In this document: piece after piece, positions 1 to 9,834 of the stretch
Layout of the letters: the number at the start of each line of letters is the position of its first letter
Numbering within the stretch: position 1 is the first letter of the stretch
Source of the DNA: a virus
Taxonomy: Duplodnaviria; Heunggongvirae; Uroviricota; Caudoviricetes
Direction: 5' to 3' (one strand)
Virus record (IMG/VR): IMGVR_UViG_3300031555_010707
DNA: 64,000 nucleotides
Position numbers and translations under genes: made by a program
Notes under the pieces: model-generated
Seen by the model: the letters and a program-made list of their open reading frames with translations, nothing else
Database searches by the model: none
What the model was told of the DNA's origin: nothing

Positions 1-1685
1 ACGGATACTTTCAGAAGGTCGTTCTTCAGGAAGTGCCCTTCCTCTGCCCAGTGACCATCCATCATACAACAGATGTTGTCGTTAATTCGAATGAGGCCGA
101 TCTGACGGCGAATACTGCCGTCATAAAGAAGATAGCCGCATGGAGCAATGCTCCAAGAGTCTGTGATCCCTCGGTAGTCAGCGGACTTCGTAAAGATTTC
201 CTTGTATTCATCGGAAATATAATCCATGATGTCAATATCATCTTTGAAGTCTTCATCAGCCTGTTTAACGGCTTCCTCATATCGCCTGATCTGTTCAGAA
301 ACCGCATTTGCCTCATCGAATGAAACGCCTTGAGCTTTTGCATAGAGCTTCCATGCTTTAGAAGTCTTCATAGGATGATAAGAAATCATTGGATACGCAT
401 GGTCTTCTCCAAGAATTTCCTGCTGAGCTTTTGCAAAGGTAGGAGGATCGGCCATATTGAGGTCAATATCAGGAAGTGTACCAGCCTGCAGAATTCTTGT
501 GGCAGTCATAAAGCGGTCAGGATACATCTTGACCTTTGCAGCAATTCTGTCTACTTCGGTAAAACCAAGAAGCATATTGGTAATGAAACTTACAGCGCTG
601 CCTCTGCCTGTTTTCGTAAGCAGACCGCCCATTTCTTTTCCTCTTTTGACAATCTCATGGTCAATAAGGAAGTAATCTGCCATATGACATTCTTTAACAG
701 AATCAATCTCACTCTGAATTTCTGATTCATAGTGAGCATGAAGCTCTTCAGGCACACTTGGCTTGTATTTTTCCCAGCCTTGCCATACGGTTCGCTCATA
801 TGCTTCGTCTCTTTGTTCCTGTGTCCAACCCTTCATTCTCGGAAGGGTTGGCAGCTTTAGACTCGTATCGAAAATCTCTGAATCATATGTCTCAACGTCC
901 ATGAATACGTTTGTATTGGACATTGCTTCATCGATTTGCGCAGCCGTAAGAACACCCTGTTGTAGGAAACGGTTATACGCCTCATCTCCATCTGGATAAT
1001 CAAGGAACCACCCTTCTTCATCCTCGTAGCTAATGCCCTTCGAGAGGAGGAAATCGTCTCTATCTTGACTTTGCTGCGGAAGAATGTAGTGAGAGTCACA
1101 TCCCATGATAATAGGAATCTTCAGTCTTTCACGAACTTGAAGAATTCGTTGGTTGAGTTGCTTCTGGGCGTCTGTCAAATGGTACTGCACTTCCAGAAAA
1201 AAGTTCTTTCCGAAGTGCTGCGACAGTTCTGCAATGATGTTTTCAATGTCAGCATATTTCCAGAAGGCAACGCAAGCACTGGTAACAATGACATCGTTCT
1301 TCGGCAGCGATAGGAGCAATGGAATATCGATTCTTGGGCGCTTGTAGAAGCCCGTCAGATTTGCCTCAGACAGGATGTCATTGATGCACTGGCGGCCATT
1401 TTCATTTCGAGCTCCGATATAAATATGGCCGTTTGTTGGATCGGGCAGAGTCCTGTCTTTGACCCAATAGGCTTCAGCACCAAAGACAAACTTCAGATTG
1501 TGTTGCTGAGCCAGATTGTAACCTTCAATGTAACATCCCTGATTTCCATGTTCCATGGTAGAGATAATTCCATGGCCGAGCTCCAATGCTCGTTTGGCAT
1601 AGTCTTCATTTGAAACCGTGGAATCAGGAACTACTACATTCGTTTTGTATGTATGACGATGGTAGTTCTGAAAAATGCGAGCTAT
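1..1685 (-). CDS. dnaE: DNA polymerase III alpha (DnaE-like), N-terminal PHP domain and start of the polymerase core. Partial: the ORF runs off the window start. The start codon is unresolved; there is no ATG/GTG/TTG between the upstream in-frame TGA at 1724 and the PHP motif. An ATA sits 8 nt after AAGGAGG at 1685-1683, and the first in-frame ATG is at 1556
   Basis: My translation of the minus strand gives an uninterrupted frame from ~1724 to position 1. The PHP motifs NYHRHTY and ...TMEHGN...GAEAYW are present. GRGSAVSFITNMLLGFTEVD matches the Pol III alpha GRGSAAGSLV motif, and PDIDLNM matches PDIDIDF. It is absent from the ORF track only because it has no stop within the window. Confidence 0.7.
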   Translation of the reverse strand, partial: MARIFQNYHRHTYKTNVVVPDSTVSNEDYAKRALELGHGIISTMEHGNQGCYIEGYNLAQQHNLKFVFGAEAYWVKDRTLPDPTNGHIYIGARNENGRQCINDILSEANLTGFYKRPRIDIPLLLSLPKNDVIVTSACVAFWKYADIENIIAELSQHFGKNFFLEVQYHLTDAQKQLNQRILQVRERLKIPIIMGCDSHYILPQQSQDRDDFLLSKGISYEDEEGWFLDYPDGDEAYNRFLQQGVLTAAQIDEAMSNTNVFMDVETYDSEIFDTSLKLPTLPRMKGWTQEQRDEAYERTVWQGWEKYKPSVPEELHAHYESEIQSEIDSVKECHMADYFLIDHEIVKRGKEMGGLLTKTGRGSAVSFITNMLLGFTEVDRIAAKVKMYPDRFMTATRILQAGTLPDIDLNMADPPTFAKAQQEILGEDHAYPMISYHPMKTSKAWKLYAKAQGVSFDEANAVSEQIRRYEEAVKQADEDFKDDIDIMDYISDEYKEIFTKSADYRGITDSWSIAPCGYLLYDGSIRRQIGLIRINDNICCMMDGHWAEEGHFLKNDLLKVS

Positions 1686-2683
1686 GACAAGCGCCTCCTT
1701 TCGCTGTAGAGCTTTTTGAATACTTCAAGTCCTTGGTCAGTAGGAGAGTCTTTATCTGGCAGCAAATTTCCGATGTTTTTCACCCATTCAACGCGGGCAT
1801 ATTGAGCCAGCTTCATAATGTTCTTATCCTTGGTGATGTCTACGTCGGAATCCAAGGCAAAGACGATCCGAATCCCATGCCACGAACTCAGCTTCAACAA
1901 AAATTGATATTGATTTGGGCTAAGATGTGAGGTGAGGATCGCAGATGTATTCAAATATCCCCACCCGGCCATCTTCAGACAGCTCTTTGCGCCTTCAAAC
2001 AAGATGATTTCCTTGGATTGCATGATGGCATCTTTGTTATCTGAAAACCCGTAAAGAGTATCAACAGTACCAATTTCTTGAAAGTATGTATACTTCCGAA
2101 TTTTCTTCGCTTTGAAATCCGGATCGCAGGTTCGACCGCAAACGCTGATGATATTGCCGTCATAATCTCTGATAGGATATACAATACGGTTATCAAAAGC
2201 ATCGTATCGGATACTGTATTTACGCATGATGTCCCAGCTGATACCTTCATCTGCCCATATCTTGAGCTTGTCTTTACGAAACTCGTACCGATCCATATAG
2301 TTCGGAGGCAAAGGCTTGGCCGTCGCAATTGCCCGTGGCTTTACTCGATTGCGGTATTGCCTGGCGATTCTTGTTGCTTCCAGCCGGTGAGCAATTGTTC
2401 CATCCTGCTCGGATATGTTTGCGTACTTTCTCAAAATATTGACTGCGCCTTTTACCGAGACATTTTCATGTCTCATGACGAAATCAATAAGGTTTCCCCC
2501 AACCCCTGCGCTGAAGTCATACCAGAATCCTTTCTCGGGATTCAATGAAAATGAAGGAGTGTTTTCATCCTTAAATGGACTCAATCCCCACAGTTCGCCG
2601 CCTTTCTCTTCGAGATCGACGAACTGGGATATATATTCTGCAATGTCGATAGCCTCGATAATATCGGCGACTTCCATAGGCAT
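1682..2683 (-). CDS. dnaG: DnaG-like DNA primase with a Toprim domain; the zinc-binding motif is degenerate
   Basis: LSPFKDENTPSFSLNPEKGFWYDFSAGVGGNLIDFVM aligns to the E. coli DnaG [36 protein letters not shown], with all four zinc ligands substituted. The Toprim segment is EIILFEGAKSCLK...IVFALDSDVD. Confidence 0.8.
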   Translation of the reverse strand: MPMEVADIIEAIDIAEYISQFVDLEEKGGELWGLSPFKDENTPSFSLNPEKGFWYDFSAGVGGNLIDFVMRHENVSVKGAVNILRKYANISEQDGTIAHRLEATRIARQYRNRVKPRAIATAKPLPPNYMDRYEFRKDKLKIWADEGISWDIMRKYSIRYDAFDNRIVYPIRDYDGNIISVCGRTCDPDFKAKKIRKYTYFQEIGTVDTLYGFSDNKDAIMQSKEIILFEGAKSCLKMAGWGYLNTSAILTSHLSPNQYQFLLKLSSWHGIRIVFALDSDVDITKDKNIMKLAQYARVEWVKNIGNLLPDKDSPTDQGLEVFKKLYSERRRLS

Positions 2684-2690
2684 AACCTCC

Positions 2691-4040
2691 TTAGAACGGA
2701 CTTACGGGACTGTGTTGCTGTGCTTCTTCATAGAGAACGATGTCGCCTCTGAACATCATATCGATATATTCTCCGTCGCTCATCTGAGCGCCGTTTCGAT
2801 TAAACTTCACAACCAACTTCTTGTTTCCACATGCTTCTCCGTCAGACGCTAATTCCTCTGGAGCTTTATCCTGAAGCATGATGATAGTGGAAGCATTTCT
2901 GGCAATTTTAGCACTGTCTGCCAATTTGCCAGTTGAAGTTGCCTGCGCTGCGCCGATGCCGGCAATGTTCATATCGCCACAAACTTTGTTCTTTATCATA
3001 TCTACTAATCCACCAAGAGACTGATAGGTGGCAAAAGCCTCTTTATCGTCTCCGCCTTTGAAATAGTCGATGATGAGAACGTCAATTCCCTGTGTGTGAT
3101 AAACCTTTTTGATAGTGGTATAGATGCTTTGCTCATCGAAGATGGGCATATAGATGTGGGTAAAATCCCTCGTCTTAAGCCATGCGATTGCTTCATCAAT
3201 CTTTCTGGATTCTTCTTCGTCGTAGCGTCCAGATCGGACTCTGCGAAATTCAATACCCGTAAGATGGGAAATCATTCGGCAAGTAAACAAACGAGAATTC
3301 AATTCGCTGTCCAGATAAAGGACTTTGTGTCCGTTTTTCATAAGATCAACGGCACAGTTAAGCAACAACATACTCTTGCCTTGCTTTTGTTCTGCACCAA
3401 AGATAACAAGCTCGCCACGTTCAATCATGACATAATCATTCAGATGTTGAAATTTGAAAGGAAAAACTCCCGCTGCTCCGGGAGTTTGACGAGCTTTTAT
3501 TTCATCGTAGTATTTTTCAACTACATCTCCATATCGGGGAATCTCTGATGCAGTTGAAAACTCCATCATTACACCATCGAGCGTGGCATAAATCTGTTGC
3601 TCAATGCACCCCTCTGTTCCTTGAACACAGAGACGTTCACATTCAACGAGTTTTTCATATGTATGTCTGCGGAAAGCCGAATCGAGCACTGCATCAACGA
3701 TAACCTTATACGCTTCTGGACTCGACCGCGCAATCAATTTGGCGTCTTCGATTAGTTCCTGCAGAGATTGTGCGGTAATAATGGCATTTACATCGTCGCC
3801 AACATGCTGAGTACCTTTCTTCATATTGAGGAAATTGATGATACTGTAAGCGTCTACCGTTTCGACATTCCGCTTTGCCAATTCTCGAACCGCATAATAA
3901 ACATATGCGTTCTGAGGATTTGTGAAATGATTGGGCTGGAGCTGTTCTGAATGGAACGTCAGCTCTGGCTTGAGCAAAACTGACGCCACAGCGCCAGCCT
4001 CAGCCTCAATATTCCTGATGTCCTTTGCATTCATTGTCAC
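2691..4040 (-). CDS. dnaB: DnaB-like replicative DNA helicase
   Basis: RecA-like core with the Walker A motif GAEQKQGKSMLLLN. It has the N-terminal DnaB-like helical domain and is 449 aa, positioned immediately upstream of the primase. Confidence 0.8.
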   Translation of the reverse strand: MTMNAKDIRNIEAEAGAVASVLLKPELTFHSEQLQPNHFTNPQNAYVYYAVRELAKRNVETVDAYSIINFLNMKKGTQHVGDDVNAIITAQSLQELIEDAKLIARSSPEAYKVIVDAVLDSAFRRHTYEKLVECERLCVQGTEGCIEQQIYATLDGVMMEFSTASEIPRYGDVVEKYYDEIKARQTPGAAGVFPFKFQHLNDYVMIERGELVIFGAEQKQGKSMLLLNCAVDLMKNGHKVLYLDSELNSRLFTCRMISHLTGIEFRRVRSGRYDEEESRKIDEAIAWLKTRDFTHIYMPIFDEQSIYTTIKKVYHTQGIDVLIIDYFKGGDDKEAFATYQSLGGLVDMIKNKVCGDMNIAGIGAAQATSTGKLADSAKIARNASTIIMLQDKAPEELASDGEACGNKKLVVKFNRNGAQMSDGEYIDMMFRGDIVLYEEAQQHSPVSPF

Positions 4041-4073
4041 AGTGCCTCCGTGAGATGCAAAAGCTCACTGATT

Positions 4074-4847
4074 TTAGCTTTGCATCGCGTAATATTCGCA
4101 ACTGTCATGGACATCACAAATGTGCTTACAGAAGTAATAGTCCATGTTCGGGCTAAAATCATCAGCGTGAATGATTTTTTCAATAGATTGATTTGCCCAG
4201 TCTTTTGCTGCCTGGAAAGCAGCGGAAGAGAAAGGTTCACGAATAACCGTACCCGTGCGATAACAGTTAAACATGAGATATGAGGGCAAAACACCGTAGA
4301 TTTGTTCTACGGGGATTGAATACAGGTAGAGCTGTCTGAGATAGCGATCCAATTCTTCATCCGACTTTGTGTATTTGCCTCGTGTACTGCGTGTTTTCAA
4401 AGATCTGGACTTGTGATCCAGAATGGTTATATCTCCGTTTTCTTCATCCTGAAGAAGCAGATCGATATATCCGATAAAGGGATAGCCTCCCACCTGAAAG
4501 GAAACATGGTTTTCTACGCCAAGAATGTTTTGCTTTGGTTTGACCAAGCCTTTCAGATGGGATAAGCCCTGTTGAAAATAATTGCTGAAAATCTTTTGAT
4601 CGGGTGCCTTTCCTACAACATGACTTCTGAACCCCGTCAGATATTCTCTGATGACTTCCTCCTTCGTTCTCTGGCCACTATAATAAGCAGCAAGCAATTC
4701 ATGAATAAAGCTGCCGTACCCCGAGAAGAACTGAGGAATCTTATCACATGGGTCAATGTACGTCAGGAAAAACTTGTATGGGCAACTATTGAAAGATGAA
4801 ATCCTCGAATAGCTCCATGTCATCCCCGAAGTTATCAGCGAGTACAT
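4074..4847 (-). CDS. PD-(D/E)XK nuclease, Cas4/RecB-like, with a C-terminal Cys cluster
   Basis: DLLLQD...ILDHKS looks like a D-E-K motif. The C-terminal CKHICDVHDSCEYY is typical of Cas4-like Fe-S nucleases. Confidence 0.55.
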   Translation of the reverse strand: MYSLITSGMTWSYSRISSFNSCPYKFFLTYIDPCDKIPQFFSGYGSFIHELLAAYYSGQRTKEEVIREYLTGFRSHVVGKAPDQKIFSNYFQQGLSHLKGLVKPKQNILGVENHVSFQVGGYPFIGYIDLLLQDEENGDITILDHKSRSLKTRSTRGKYTKSDEELDRYLRQLYLYSIPVEQIYGVLPSYLMFNCYRTGTVIREPFSSAAFQAAKDWANQSIEKIIHADDFSPNMDYYFCKHICDVHDSCEYYAMQS

Positions 4848-4850
4848 TGA

Positions 4851-5222
4851 TTAGAAGGGAGGCTCGCCTTCGTCGTTCTCTCCCTCAATCGGATTACTGG
4901 CTACTTGGCCGCCAGCTGGCTTAGCGGAACCAGCAGCATCTGCCATTTCAAAGTCAAACACCTTGAAGTTGACATATTCCTTCTGCTTGTCCTTGTCGTA
5001 GGAATTGCTGACATCAACATCGCCCAGTTTGATACGATCCTTTTCCTTCAGGCGAGCCGCCTTGGCGTGTGCCTGAGAAATGAAGGTACAGTAGCCGGCG
5101 AAATCTTGTTCGTACTGACCATCCTTATTCTTACGGCTGATAGACAGACGAACCTTGGTGAAATTGCCCTTACCGGGCTCAACTGACCAGACTGATGCAA
5201 ATGCACCATTTCGGAAACCCAT
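4851..5222 (-). CDS. Single-stranded DNA-binding protein-like, OB fold with an acidic C-terminal tail
   Basis: OB-like core. The C-terminus ...NDEGEPPF resembles the SSB DDDIPF tail. Confidence 0.5.
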   Translation of the reverse strand: MGFRNGAFASVWSVEPGKGNFTKVRLSISRKNKDGQYEQDFAGYCTFISQAHAKAARLKEKDRIKLGDVDVSNSYDKDKQKEYVNFKVFDFEMADAAGSAKPAGGQVASNPIEGENDEGEPPF

Positions 5223-5349
5223 AGCTGAATTCTCCTTTTATGTATTTATTTTCCACCCATGCCGACCCAAACACCCAATAGGAAGTAGGCCGACATCATG
5301 AGAAGGAACCATAGAAAATCCCAGTCGCTTTTCTTCATGCGCAAGAGGA

Positions 5350-6066
5350 TCACCCTTTACACAAGGCAGTGAGTTCCTCCAGCAACTTGCCAGCCGCGAC
5401 GGGATCGGTGATGAAATTGTAGTTGACGGAAGCCTTACCCTTGGAATCCTTGGCGTACTTCTTGGTGATGTCATAGATCTTCTGACGGTCTTCTTCATGA
5501 CTGGCGATATGTTCGGAAACCATAGCGTGTACTTGCTCAATGATCGACTTGGCAATTTCACGATTCTCGGTTTCCTCTGCTTCCTTCTGCAGAGAACGCC
5601 AGTTATCGGGATCATCATCAGAGGTTGCAACGTTGAAATACTTCAGCATGAAGTAACGCGCAGAATAGGACAGGCCAGAACCAAACGCCTGAGAAGCGTC
5701 ACCCTGCTGCCCGACCAGCGTCCACGGGACGATGATGCGGTCGGTAGGATTGTCGTTATTGACCCAGTGCCATTCCATGTCTGCCTTGATAAGGATTTCG
5801 TTGACCTTTTCTTCGAAAACCTTGCCATCCTTGGTGGTTTTTGTTTTCGTGTAGCCATACGGATGAACCTCAGTGCTTCCATGAACAATGTTCGGAATGA
5901 GGGAAACACCATATTTCTCCATCAGGCCAGTGATTTTTGCCAGGATCAGATCTTCGGTGACATACCGATAGCCGTAGCCAGCTTTATTCTTCTGAAGAAT
6001 CTCAACGGGCTTTCTGATCTTGGCGAGCTTTTGATAGATATTCATCTGTTCAGTATGCTCTGCCAT
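5350..6066 (-). CDS. ERF-family single-strand annealing protein
   Basis: MNIYQKLAKIRKPVEILQKNKAGYGYRYVTEDLILAKI is an ERF signature. AAAGGAG lies 7 nt upstream of the ATG at 6066. Confidence 0.65.
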   Translation of the reverse strand: MAEHTEQMNIYQKLAKIRKPVEILQKNKAGYGYRYVTEDLILAKITGLMEKYGVSLIPNIVHGSTEVHPYGYTKTKTTKDGKVFEEKVNEILIKADMEWHWVNNDNPTDRIIVPWTLVGQQGDASQAFGSGLSYSARYFMLKYFNVATSDDDPDNWRSLQKEAEETENREIAKSIIEQVHAMVSEHIASHEEDRQKIYDITKKYAKDSKGKASVNYNFITDPVAAGKLLEELTALCKG

Positions 6067-6076
6067 ATGTACTCCT

Positions 6077-6352
6077 TTACTCAACAGCAAGCAATGACTT
6101 GAAGTTGTCAATGACTCGCTGATTTTTACCCTGAGCTGCTACCAATCCATCCTTGGTAGCATCAAGCTCTTTCTGATAGTCATCGATTTCGCCGATGGTT
6201 CTCTGGATATTCGCATCGAGCGCACTCAGACTGTCGATGGTCGAAGTAACCAGAGATACGGCTTTGTCAAACTGAGAGGTGTATGAAGCCAATGCCTTGC
6301 GCTTTTGCTCAAGAACATCCTTGGCTTCAAGTTTCTTTGCAGCCAATGCCAT
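6077..6352 (-). CDS. Hypothetical coiled-coil protein
   Basis: 91-aa ORF tightly packed in the operon. Confidence 0.35.
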   Translation of the reverse strand: MALAAKKLEAKDVLEQKRKALASYTSQFDKAVSLVTSTIDSLSALDANIQRTIGEIDDYQKELDATKDGLVAAQGKNQRVIDNFKSLLAVE

Positions 6353-6356
6353 TTAC

Positions 6357-6920
6357 TCACTTCCCTTCAATTAAAAATGACGCTGCCTCGTCGGCAACGT
6401 GAACCAACCATGCAAGCGGATATTGTTCATAGGCATCCCGGACGTAAGTGTTCCCGTCCCAGCTGCCCATATGGCAGTTGATAGCAACCGCCTCTTCCGC
6501 AGTAAGCCTGATGAAGCGTTCAATGAGGAACACAGATTTGCTCCCGTGTCCGCCGTAATGGAATTTTTCTTCGATTGTATAGCAAGGAACACTTGTCCAT
6601 TTGCCATCCACCTTTACATTCCTCGCATCCTGCTTATACATTCCAATTTTGCAGAAATCGTGGAAGAGGGAAACAATCGCAATAGATTCATTGCTGAATT
6701 TGTCTTCCAGCTCATAAGCCTTTACAAGTCTGCAGAGCTCATCGTATACATTGAGGGAATGCTGAAGCAATCCTCCCGATTCTGAGAGGTGGAATCTGGT
6801 GCTCGCAGGTGCAATATAGAAGTCATTCTTTTCAAGAGCTTCCAGAAGAGCATTGATGCCCTCACGATGAATATGCTCGCGGCAAATTGCCAGGAATCTC
6901 TCTTTATTCGTTTCCGACAT
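6357..6920 (-). CDS. HD-domain phosphohydrolase
   Basis: H...HD motif in SLFHDFCK, and further conserved His residues. Confidence 0.55.
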   Translation of the reverse strand: MSETNKERFLAICREHIHREGINALLEALEKNDFYIAPASTRFHLSESGGLLQHSLNVYDELCRLVKAYELEDKFSNESIAIVSLFHDFCKIGMYKQDARNVKVDGKWTSVPCYTIEEKFHYGGHGSKSVFLIERFIRLTAEEAVAINCHMGSWDGNTYVRDAYEQYPLAWLVHVADEAASFLIEGK

Positions 6921-7452
6921 CGGAGCCCTCCTTGTCTTCCTTATTTGGAATCTCTTCTCTGGAACCGTATATATTAAGCGCCTCTCTCAAAAGGAGTTGA
7001 ATGGCGCGTGCAACAGTAGTACGCCTGATTTCGTACCGTTCTCCATTCAAGTGGAGTGGCAAGGCGTAAGCATATTTACGGGTGGCAATGCCGACATAAA
7101 CTGTACCCACGGGAATTTCGTCAGTTCCTCCGCCCGGCCCGGCCAAACCAGTGGCTGATACGCCAATATCTGCACCGGACTTTTTCTGGGCGCTTTGAGC
7201 CATTTCGATAGCTACCTTGGCACTGACAACATCGAAATGTTTAATAATTTTCGGATCTATATCAAGAAGCGCCGTCTTCATTTCCGTCTGGTAGGTTACA
7301 AAGCCGCCGCGAATTACTTCGGATGCACCGGGAATATCAACCAGAGTTGCAGCAATCAAGCCGCCGGTCAAACTTTCCGCAGTGACAACAGTGAGTTCGG
7401 ACATCTTAAGCGCATCCACAGTCGTTTGCGCCAAGCAGTACAGATCAACCAT
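6904..7452 (-). CDS. pncC: CinA C-terminal domain / PncC-like NMN deamidase
   Basis: TAESLTGGLIAATL matches the CinA TAESCTGG motif; 182 aa. Confidence 0.65.
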   Translation of the reverse strand: MVDLYCLAQTTVDALKMSELTVVTAESLTGGLIAATLVDIPGASEVIRGGFVTYQTEMKTALLDIDPKIIKHFDVVSAKVAIEMAQSAQKKSGADIGVSATGLAGPGGGTDEIPVGTVYVGIATRKYAYALPLHLNGERYEIRRTTVARAIQLLLREALNIYGSREEIPNKEDKEGSDVGNE

Positions 7453-7472
7453 ATCAGAAAACCCTTTCTGAG

Positions 7473-8549
7473 TTACTCGTCGTGTTGGATCAAGAAGAGA
7501 GGGTCAACAGCCTTGAAACTCTTTCTGCCATCCTGAGAACGGAAAACAATACCCTCACGAAGAGTATCGTGTAGGCTACTCTTTCCGTGGGCATATTCAA
7601 GAACTTCATCAACCGTCTTAGGAAGCTGCACGGCTGTATCGATAATGGGCACAAATTCAAGGCCATGCAGTCCAACTACAGTCTTGGCATAAAGAGAATC
7701 CAATCTTCCCTTCGGATAGATCAGGTTAAAGACGTAAAGACCAAAGTCTGGAACTTTGTACTTATTGCCTTGGATCTTCGGGCCGATGCACTCTCCCTGA
7801 ATGGCAACCCATTCCCATTCGCCAATCATTCCTTTTAGAGCATCCTCGATATGGTATTTATCAGCTACTTGCCAATAAGAGGAATTATCTCTGACCGGAA
7901 GCTGACGATTGCGAGAGCAAACGATGAAATCAAACTTATCCTTGCAGAAAGGCCATTTTGACTTCTTTCTTACCAAGGCAAAAGTACCAGACTGGCCATC
8001 GATCTTCTCGGTCGCAATCCACTTTTCATCAGATTCCAGTATAAAAGGAATGTTTTGTATGCGTGTCTCATCTGTCTTGCTCAAAAACGACGGGAAGCCT
8101 CCCGCCGTCTTTTTAGGCAAAACCAGATTGCGGAACCATTTCATCCGCATGAGAAATCTCGGATACTTCCGAGCAGGCTTAGCTTCAGGAACAACAGGAT
8201 CAACATCCATTGTTCCCTCATACTGTTTGACCCCAATGAGCTCAGTGACATCTTGGTCGTTTTTGTATTCACCAGGAGGAAGGATGCTCATCGGGAAACA
8301 AATTCCCTGAGAGACGACGTTGCCCATCTTCATCGTCTTGATTCGGAAATTCTTGCTCCGCAGGAATTCGAATTCAGGTTTCTCAGGCAGAACAGAGTCA
8401 ATCTCTATGTATACGCACTGATCGCCGATTTCGTAATCGCCCTTGCGAACAATGACATGCCAGCCATCTACGGTGGCCAGAACGATGCGGTCTTTACCCT
8501 CGATGGGCTGAAGACCAGCAATCGTTTTAACGCTGGCAAGATTACGCAT
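7473..8549 (-). CDS. ATP-dependent RNA ligase, Rnl5/DraRnl-like, with an N-terminal OB domain
   Basis: Nucleotidyltransferase motif I TEKIDGQSGTF (KxDG). The N-terminal module is MRNLASVKTIAGLQPIEGKDRIV... Confidence 0.65.
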   Translation of the reverse strand: MRNLASVKTIAGLQPIEGKDRIVLATVDGWHVIVRKGDYEIGDQCVYIEIDSVLPEKPEFEFLRSKNFRIKTMKMGNVVSQGICFPMSILPPGEYKNDQDVTELIGVKQYEGTMDVDPVVPEAKPARKYPRFLMRMKWFRNLVLPKKTAGGFPSFLSKTDETRIQNIPFILESDEKWIATEKIDGQSGTFALVRKKSKWPFCKDKFDFIVCSRNRQLPVRDNSSYWQVADKYHIEDALKGMIGEWEWVAIQGECIGPKIQGNKYKVPDFGLYVFNLIYPKGRLDSLYAKTVVGLHGLEFVPIIDTAVQLPKTVDEVLEYAHGKSSLHDTLREGIVFRSQDGRKSFKAVDPLFLIQHDE

Positions 8550-8997
8550 CTTGCTCCACCGCCGTTTCGTCAGCCTTCTTGGCCTTCTTGACCGGCTCTG
8601 GCTGGACTACCTTTCGTGCGTCCATGTAGCGAATAGCCGCCTTTGAAGAACCGAAGAGACGCTTGAGTACAGCCGCAGCAAAACCGCCATACTCGTCGAA
8701 TTCCTGACCGTCGATACAACCGACAGTCGTTTTCACGCCATCAGCCCATTCGATTGTGGTATGCTTGTTGTTGAAATAGATTTTCTTGATCTCGGGAATC
8801 GCTCTCACAGGAATACCGTGATAGATTCCAAAGATACCGTTCGCTTCAGGAAGGCGCACCGGACGAGTCGGAAACATGTCTGAGAGAATTGCATTGAACA
8901 GCGCATCTCCCGCCTTCCTTGTGGCACTCGGGTCATAGCCCCTTTCGTTTGCTTGCATTCTGGTCTTTCCTTTCTTCTTGTTGAAGTATTTCATCAA
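8542..8997 (-). CDS. Hypothetical protein
   Basis: 151-aa ORF in the operon. Confidence 0.35.
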   Translation of the reverse strand: MMKYFNKKKGKTRMQANERGYDPSATRKAGDALFNAILSDMFPTRPVRLPEANGIFGIYHGIPVRAIPEIKKIYFNNKHTTIEWADGVKTTVGCIDGQEFDEYGGFAAAVLKRLFGSSKAAIRYMDARKVVQPEPVKKAKKADETAVEQDA

Positions 8998-9508
8998 GTG
9001 TAACAGGCTCGTAGTTGCGAACCATGCAGCCTACATTGAACATGTTGCACTTAATATCAAGTTGCTGGAGCTCGAACTTGTGATTCTCGGTCATGTTCCA
9101 CTCATGAGAATTATGAACGTGACCGTAGAGCATAAAGGCTCCATAATGGTGACGGTTGAAGAATACGATAGGATAATGACAAAGAATCACATGAACATTG
9201 CCGGGAAGATTGATTTCTTTGTAGAAGCAAATTTCCTCAAAGCAATCTTTGATCTTGCCATCAACCTTATCGTGGTTGCCCTGAATGAGAATCTTTCTGC
9301 CTCGAAGCTGAGAGAAGATTTCATAGGTCTTCTGGTCATCATACCAGCTAATATCGCCCAGAATATAGACGGTATCTTCATCCGTCACTTTGTTATTCCA
9401 GCGTTCGATCAGTACCTTATCCATTTCTTCAACGCTCGTAAACGGGCGATTGTCGAAGCGAATAATATTCTTGTGACCGAAGTGGAGATCGGAAGTGAAG
9501 TAAATCAT
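8933..9508 (-). CDS. Calcineurin-like metallophosphoesterase
   Basis: Motifs SDLHFGH, YILGDI and GNHD. Confidence 0.6.
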   Translation of the reverse strand: MIYFTSDLHFGHKNIIRFDNRPFTSVEEMDKVLIERWNNKVTDEDTVYILGDISWYDDQKTYEIFSQLRGRKILIQGNHDKVDGKIKDCFEEICFYKEINLPGNVHVILCHYPIVFFNRHHYGAFMLYGHVHNSHEWNMTENHKFELQQLDIKCNMFNVGCMVRNYEPVTLDEILQQEERKDQNASKRKGL

Positions 9509-9834
9509 GAAACAGACCTTCTTTCGTCAGTAGTCGTCATGCCGACAACACAACCCTGTCCAGCACGAGTGAGGCCGGAAACAAGGGCATCAAGAACGTC
9601 CTGAGACTCATCGACAAGGTATTCTCTGTATGTATGGGTTCCGTAGAGCTTTCCGCCCAGAAGCTCGTTGGCAATGATCGGCGTCGGAATATAGTATCCG
9701 TAATGCCGTGCCATATCAAGGATGTGTCTTCTGTGAGATTCGTTCACGCAGATGATGGGAGCGTTTCTGAACTCACTGATTGCAAGAAGTCTGGTGGTTT
9801 TACCACCGCCGCGCCGAAGAATCAGGTTTCTCAT
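9505..9834 (-). CDS. Hypothetical small protein with a P-loop-like RRGGGKTT motif
   Basis: ORF; motif only. Confidence 0.3.
   Translation of the reverse strand: MRNLILRRGGGKTTRLLAISEFRNAPIICVNESHRRHILDMARHYGYYIPTPIIANELLGGKLYGTHTYREYLVDESQDVLDALVSGLTRAGQGCVVGMTTTDERRSVS

Noticed and set aside
1-1680. There is no long ORF in the six-frame track over the first 1.7 kb, which at first suggested stop-codon reassignment or a noncoding region.
   Set aside because: Manual translation of the minus strand shows an uninterrupted DnaE-like frame running off the window edge. It has no in-window stop, so the track omitted it. All three stops are used elsewhere, so the genetic code is standard.
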